A DNA stretch of 64,000 nucleotides from Takakia lepidozioides (Eukaryota > Plantae > Bryophyta). Position 1 is the stretch's first letter. Each line of letters begins with the position of its first letter. Below, piece after piece: positions 62,776-64,000 of the stretch. The position numbers and the translations under genes were made by a program. The DNA lies in contig CM060734.1 in assembly GCA_030704615.1 (NCBI GenBank), positions 13,826,001 through 13,890,000 of the forward strand, in the 5' to 3' direction. A model generated the notes under the pieces. That model saw only the letters and a program-made list of their open reading frames with translations, was not told the origin of the DNA and searched no databases.

Positions 62776-64000
62776 TCACCTCAGGACTCTGATATCGCTG
62801 ACTCCGGTATATTCATATGGACAGACACATTGTAGAAATGAGACCTCAAATTGTAACAGTGGGCCAATTACGGCAGTTCTTGAACACGATGAAACACAAG
62901 CACACAGAAGTGAGGTACGATGGGTTGTTTTATTGATCGAACACGGTGTCTCACATTTAGCAACTCCAGACAAATCTAAGCCCTTCCTCCTTCTACATGG
63001 GCGTCACCAAGTCGACGGAACTTCGATAGCCCTCAAAACAAGCTCATTACTGATGCGGCACCTCGAGGTAAACTGCAATGCGGTCGATCTGGTGCCCTTG
63101 GTGGAGCTGACGACAATGTCATGCCCATCAATCATACCACCATCATACATGACAAGGTCACTGTGGGGCCTGTGCCCGTGCGATTCGTCTTCGCAACTAG
63201 TGAACGATATAACCGTCCTCCCTGGTCCACTGGCAGCAGTTCCAGCGCCAAAGTGAGGCCGTGCGTGATCTGTCCGGCATCCCATTCCACCTTGGTATAT
63301 CGAGGTCAACAATTTTCAGGACCCACGGACCGCATTGACCCTCGCCCTCACCTCGCTCAAAGCGGTAATAGCCCTCCAGATACTCCATTGCGCGCAAAGA
63401 CTCCCGCTTGATTCCAGAAGCGTCTGTGAAAAATAGAGAGCCAGACAATGATGTCTCCTGATTCTGGTTTGAACATAGCATAATCGTGGCCATGATAAGG
63501 GCAGTCAGCAGGATTTCGGAGGCACGGCATCCTGAAAAAGAGTAGCGGAGTACGCTCAATGACAGCAGCTCCCGGATGGAGGAGGAGCAGCAGCGCGGTG
63601 GCTGGAAGAAATTCAAGCAAACGCTGCAATTCCTCACAAACACTCCAGGGCACATTTAAATTTCCCCCCGACAGGAACCTGCACGGATGAAGATTGGCTG
63701 CTCCATGAATGTAGCCGTTCAGTTTCCTCCCTGCCATGCAAAGTGGGGCATAAAGTGCAGGTGGGCCTATAGCCACTCGAGACGAACGAGAGTCCATTCC
63801 CCCCCTTCGATTGTTGTAAATGCGGGCCGAATTTCCATACGGGGGATGGAATTCGGTGGCAGATTCAAAACTATACCCCTGGATGAGAAAGAGGGTATCG
63901 GTTCATCCACCATTGGCGTGATAAACACGTTACACGATGATTGGTGGGTACGTGTGACCCAGATGCTTCCATCTATTGAGCCCGCACTGCTTCTCCGCTT
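62776..64000 (-). other. Possible further cargo coding sequence of the DNA transposon (unidentified)
   Basis: Overlapping GC-rich - strand ORF fragments; no motif recognised. Confidence 0.25.

Larger units (their letters stand above)
51328..64000. mobile_element. Large Mutator-like (MULE) DNA transposon, right end outside the window
   Basis: Gypsy copy 3 stops abruptly at 51327. New sequence starts GAGGTTTACTATTTCATGAGC with clustered CATGAGC repeats and contains a transposase, cargo genes and a recurrent GAAATGCGGCGCCGCATTTC palindrome throughout. Confidence 0.6.

Overview
Eukaryotic nuclear DNA, dense in transposable elements (TEs). It is most likely from a non-seed land plant with flagellated sperm: it has a plastid-targeted ASD, GT-AG introns and a kinesin-9/KIF6-like gene. 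Host genes are a degraded ETF-beta (1664-3691, -), a degraded KIF6-like kinesin (10946-19672, +) and an intact, intronless aspartate-semialdehyde dehydrogenase (22829-24046, -). The rest is nested TEs: a MITE, an L1 3' fragment, a full-length tRNA-primed Ty3/Gypsy element (27120-36774) inside another gag, three copies of an unusual Ty3/Gypsy family, and a large Mutator-like DNA element running off the right edge. Highlight 1: the Gypsy family encodes a DNMT3-like C5 cytosine methyltransferase between protease and RT. Highlight 2: its one complete copy (40669-50517, 4-bp TSD AGCA) has circularly permuted LTRs (A1-internal-B1-GC-A2-B2). It appears to have integrated by cleavage of a palindrome, GACA^GC^TGTC, in the middle of the LTR rather than at the LTR ends, although it encodes a DDE integrase and no tyrosine recombinase is visible. 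It also has a self-priming PBS. Highlight 3: the Mutator-like element carries a ParB-domain + beta-class amino-(N6A/N4C)-methyltransferase-like gene next to an array of about 17 22-bp palindromes. Many frameshifts between 42 and 64 kb may be assembly indels rather than real decay. All family assignments come from motif recognition by eye, not database searches.
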